From: Orbicella franksi
Taxonomy: Eukaryota
Direction: 5' to 3'
Length of the DNA: 64,000 nucleotides
Assembly: GCA_964199315.1 (NCBI GenBank)
Contig: OZ116704.1
Location: 8,618,001 to 8,682,000, forward strand
In this document: positions 60,996 through 64,000 of the stretch, piece after piece
Numbering within the stretch: position 1 is the stretch's first letter
Layout of the letters: each line of letters opens with the position of its first letter
Notes under the pieces: model-generated
The model's input: only the letters and a program-made list of their open reading frames with translations
What the model was told of the DNA's origin: nothing
Database searches by the model: none
Program-made: the position numbers and the translations under genes

Positions 60996-61475
60996 CTCGT
61001 TCCCAGATAGAGACCGCGATCCTTTTGGTAAGTAAAGTAAAAGTAAAGTAAAATCCTTTATTTGGAACACGATTATCATTTAAGCGCTACATGCTTGAGG
61101 GGTCGTGTACCTAATTAATTACCTAATTATCTAATTACCAACTGATAAAATGAATGAAATATAAGAAATTAACTTACTTTATCGCAAATCTGATTTCCCT
61201 AAATATCGGACTAGATTTTGCCTTTGAATAAAATTGTTTAAAATTACAAGAATCATTAAAATATTCTGAAACACAGTTCCACAGTCAGCGGCTGAGAAAC
61301 CCCTGAGAGAAACCAGAAGGTGAGCCAGCATTGGTCACCGCGGCTACTCTCTCAACGTATGTTCAGAAACCATTAGTGGACTTAAACGCATGCACGCAAC
61401 CAAATTTCTGGTTTAGTCAATAGCATCGGGCGTACGGATACCAATAAGCAAAATCGCGCGGGCTCTGGGAACGAG
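60996..61475. mobile_element. MITE interrupted by a LINE fragment
   Basis: TIRs ctcgttcccaga / tctgggaacgag with ccgcgatcctttt / aaaatcgcgcgg inner arms. Confidence 0.65.
61028..61284 (-). mobile_element. CR1/L2-type LINE 3' end with (TTTAC)n tail
   Basis: Minus strand reads LWNCVSEYFNDSCNFKQFYSKAK...* (LWN...FK motif typical of CR1/L2 ORF2 ends), then a 3' UTR and a gtaaa microsatellite at 61028-61053. Confidence 0.55.
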
Positions 61476-61805
61476 TGATAAGAAGTAAGCCGAGAGTTGC
61501 GCTCTTAGAGTTTAACGTCAAACGACTGGGCACCGGTTTTTGAAAAACAAACAGCAACAACAATAATCTTTATTTTCTTTCATTGTAAAATTACATGTTA
61601 TTTGGCCCGCGGATAGCAAGTGCTAATCTGGGCGGTCCATTTATCGCTTATGCATATAACTAGATAAGTTAAATAACAATAATAACAATTAATTTAAGAT
61701 TAACGATATAGTTAATATTATTATCGTTTCTGTATATTAAGGCTACTAAAATAAAATCATGGGAGAATAATGAAAGACGACATTGATTTTAATTACTTAA
61801 GCTTA

Positions 61806-63094
61806 GGGACCGTTCATTTTTTATGAGGGAGGGGGGGCTGGTGGGATTTGGGAAGCACCATTTAAAAATCGCATGACCCCCCCTCAGCTTACCAATTTTT
61901 TCACGTGGCCCCCCCCCTTATAGCGGTCATTTTTTGGGATGACCCTCCCCAAAAAAAAAATTGAACAAACAATACTTAGATTTCAACTTTTTTAATATTT
62001 CTCTATTATCACCCTACTTCACGTTTTGTGCTCACTGTGAAGATAATATTTACAATCCCTATACTACAGAGAGCTGTTGTTTGAAAAACAAATCAAAAGA
62101 AAGAGAAGTCAATTTCGGATCTCCTCGTTATGGCTCGCCCTGAGCGTGTGGCATTTGGCCTCTCATTGGCATCTCCCTCATCTGAATTGATGAATGCCTA
62201 CAGTTTTAATGTAAAACAGATCAAATGTATAGAAGCTAAGTTGACGAAGGTCACGCGGGACATGGAAGCACTAGAAAATAAGAGCAATTATAACAGCATA
62301 TTCAAGGGCATACTCAAACAGCACATCAACAAAAGGAGAAGGAAAAAAGAAAACCGCAGAAAGTCAAATGAAAGAAAGAGGAAGCGGACTGAAAACAATG
62401 TCCAACGAGTTTATGGAATCTGTGTTGGAAACCCGCTAGGAAATGATCTTCCACAATGCCTTGTGTACCCTCTTAGAACGGCCGTCTCGGAAGAGTGTAT
62501 TAAAGTTGAGGATGTTGCCACGTCGTTATTTAGAAGAGATGGGCCATACATCGCACAGCTCTTGGAAGGGAATTATTTCACCAATGCTGCAAGAAGCAGA
62601 ATCACCACCAACCTTGAGCAGGAAGTCAGAGATTATGTTTACACCTTCATGTACCCTGAAGAGTACACTCTGACGGAAAGCATTGCTGCTTCTTGCAGCA
62701 TCGGTGAAAGAGACTCCCATAGCAGCACAAGCGGCGACGAAGAACTCGACGACAGCGAAGATGAAGATGAGTGCCAGTGAAAGTTGCATTCGAAAATAAC
62801 AGTGTTAAATACTTCTTTTCAGTAGCTACAAATGCTTTTTGTCGCCCAACGTTTTTTTAAAGCAGAAGGAAAGTTTGTAACAGATTTGTATCCTGCCTGC
62901 TATGTTTATTCTATAGCAATTTTTTTGATATTCAAACATTATGCCATTTTAAAGTTTTACTAAAATATTTCACGTGACCCCCCCTTTTTCCCTTATTTTT
63001 TTGGGATGGCCCCCCCTCGAAAGCCATTTTTTTCGCATGGCCCCCCCCCCAAATCCCACCAGCCCCCCCTACCTGATAAAAAATGAACGGTCCC
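61806..63094. mobile_element. PIF/Harbinger-type element, 1289 bp, no DDE transposase
   Basis: TTA TSD at 61803-61805 and 63095-63097. ~45-bp TIRs GGGACCGTTCATTTTTTAT(G/C)AGG(G/T)AGGGGGGG(.)CTGGTGGGATTTGGG. The GGGNCCGTTY terminus and TWA TSD fit PIF/Harbinger. Confidence 0.88.
62130..62780 (+). CDS. Orphan 216-aa ORF inside the Harbinger-type element (basic NLS-like patch, acidic tail)
   Basis: Intact ATG-TGA ORF fills half the element, with GC content clearly above the flanks. Contains a short coiled-coil, KRRRKKENRRKSNERKRKR and a GDEELDDSEDEDE tail. No recognisable domain. Confidence 0.65.
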   Translation: MARPERVAFGLSLASPSSELMNAYSFNVKQIKCIEAKLTKVTRDMEALENKSNYNSIFKGILKQHINKRRRKKENRRKSNERKRKRTENNVQRVYGICVGNPLGNDLPQCLVYPLRTAVSEECIKVEDVATSLFRRDGPYIAQLLEGNYFTNAARSRITTNLEQEVRDYVYTFMYPEEYTLTESIAASCSIGERDSHSSTSGDEELDDSEDEDECQ

Positions 63095-64000
63095 TTACTT
63101 AGAATATTTCAATTTATGAACAATCTTGTGTATCTGAAGAGAGGCATTTTCTTTGCCCAGCTTTAGTGTCATGAAGAACATCTGATTTTAGTTTTTCTTT
63201 TCAGTTTCCTTACTTTTCTTTAGGTTTAAAGATCCAGATATCTTTTATACACGATATTAACACGAATATAGAGACGCCTGTCTGTTATCCTTCTTGCGTC
63301 GGAAAATTGTGGGACGCTTTCTCGTGCCCGAAGTCAAGGATAAAAGAAGACTTTTGCATGCAGGCTACATGAGGTGCCTTGTTGTCTTAATTAGACTTTC
63401 CCAGATTTTAGATTGAAGATGGTTAACTAAAAACGGCATTATGATAAAAGTCATACTCATATCAGAATTCTTTAACTTACTTACATCTAAAATTACAAGT
63501 GATGAAGTCTTATTGTCTCCCTACAATACAAATACATTGTTAGGCACAGACGTGTTGAGAATAATAGAAAATAATCGATTAGTGGACGATTTGGACTATT
63601 CTTTTTATGTTGAATCAGCAAAATTGTATATGGATCTAACCACGTGTCGTTTTGTAAACTAGCTGGCTGGTTTTCTGTTGAGGCCGTAATCGCACCTTTC
63701 TCGTAAGTTTTCGAGGCAGCTTGATCGAGCCAGAGGAGCCAAAACACCCATGAGAAACAAACGAGAATGAATATTGTTTTTTTCCCCCGAGGCTGAATTT
63801 TCTAATTTTTCACCTGGTTTTAGGCTGAATTAAAATATTCTTGTGAATATTCTTAGATACGTTAAAGGAATACAAAGTAGACTGTGCCGATACGAAAAAA
63901 AAAAATAGACTGTTTGCCAACGAATCATACCAGAAAGGTGCGATTAGGAATTTACTGCGTCCAAATGTGGCCGTGAGTCCGGCCATGTCAGGTCAGTGAC

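Overview
Eukaryotic, repeat-rich genomic DNA with spliceosomal GT-AG sites. The SINE/MITE families resemble those I know from anthozoan (stony coral) genomes; this is an inference, not a database result. The window is dominated by three giant, almost purely coiled-coil genes of about 2,800 aa each. A (+, ATG 2332-10917, 2861 aa) and B (+, 22500-30947, 2815 aa) are tandem paralogues, each coded in one ~8.5 kb exon. C (-, three phase-0 exons 47733-47542, 44570-44082, 43102-35453, ~2776 aa) is not a recent paralogue and converges on B. A and B share periodic V/T-rich 'SAPP' hinges and end in a conserved Cys at -4 (CQQN/CKQN), like farnesylated CENP-E/F and NAP1L1 tails. A second exact CQQN-stop cassette sits behind a good splice acceptor ~90 nt after the stop of A. 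To the right lie an intron-less LRRC74-like LRR gene (-, 52143-53525), a Penelope-like remnant with a minimal hammerhead-ribozyme-shaped motif (50766-50802) and a PIF/Harbinger-type element (61806-63094, TTA TSD) carrying an intact 216-aa orphan ORF. The remainder is MITEs, SINEs and a 67-68 bp minisatellite. No prokaryotic system, CRISPR array, rRNA or true tRNA gene was found.
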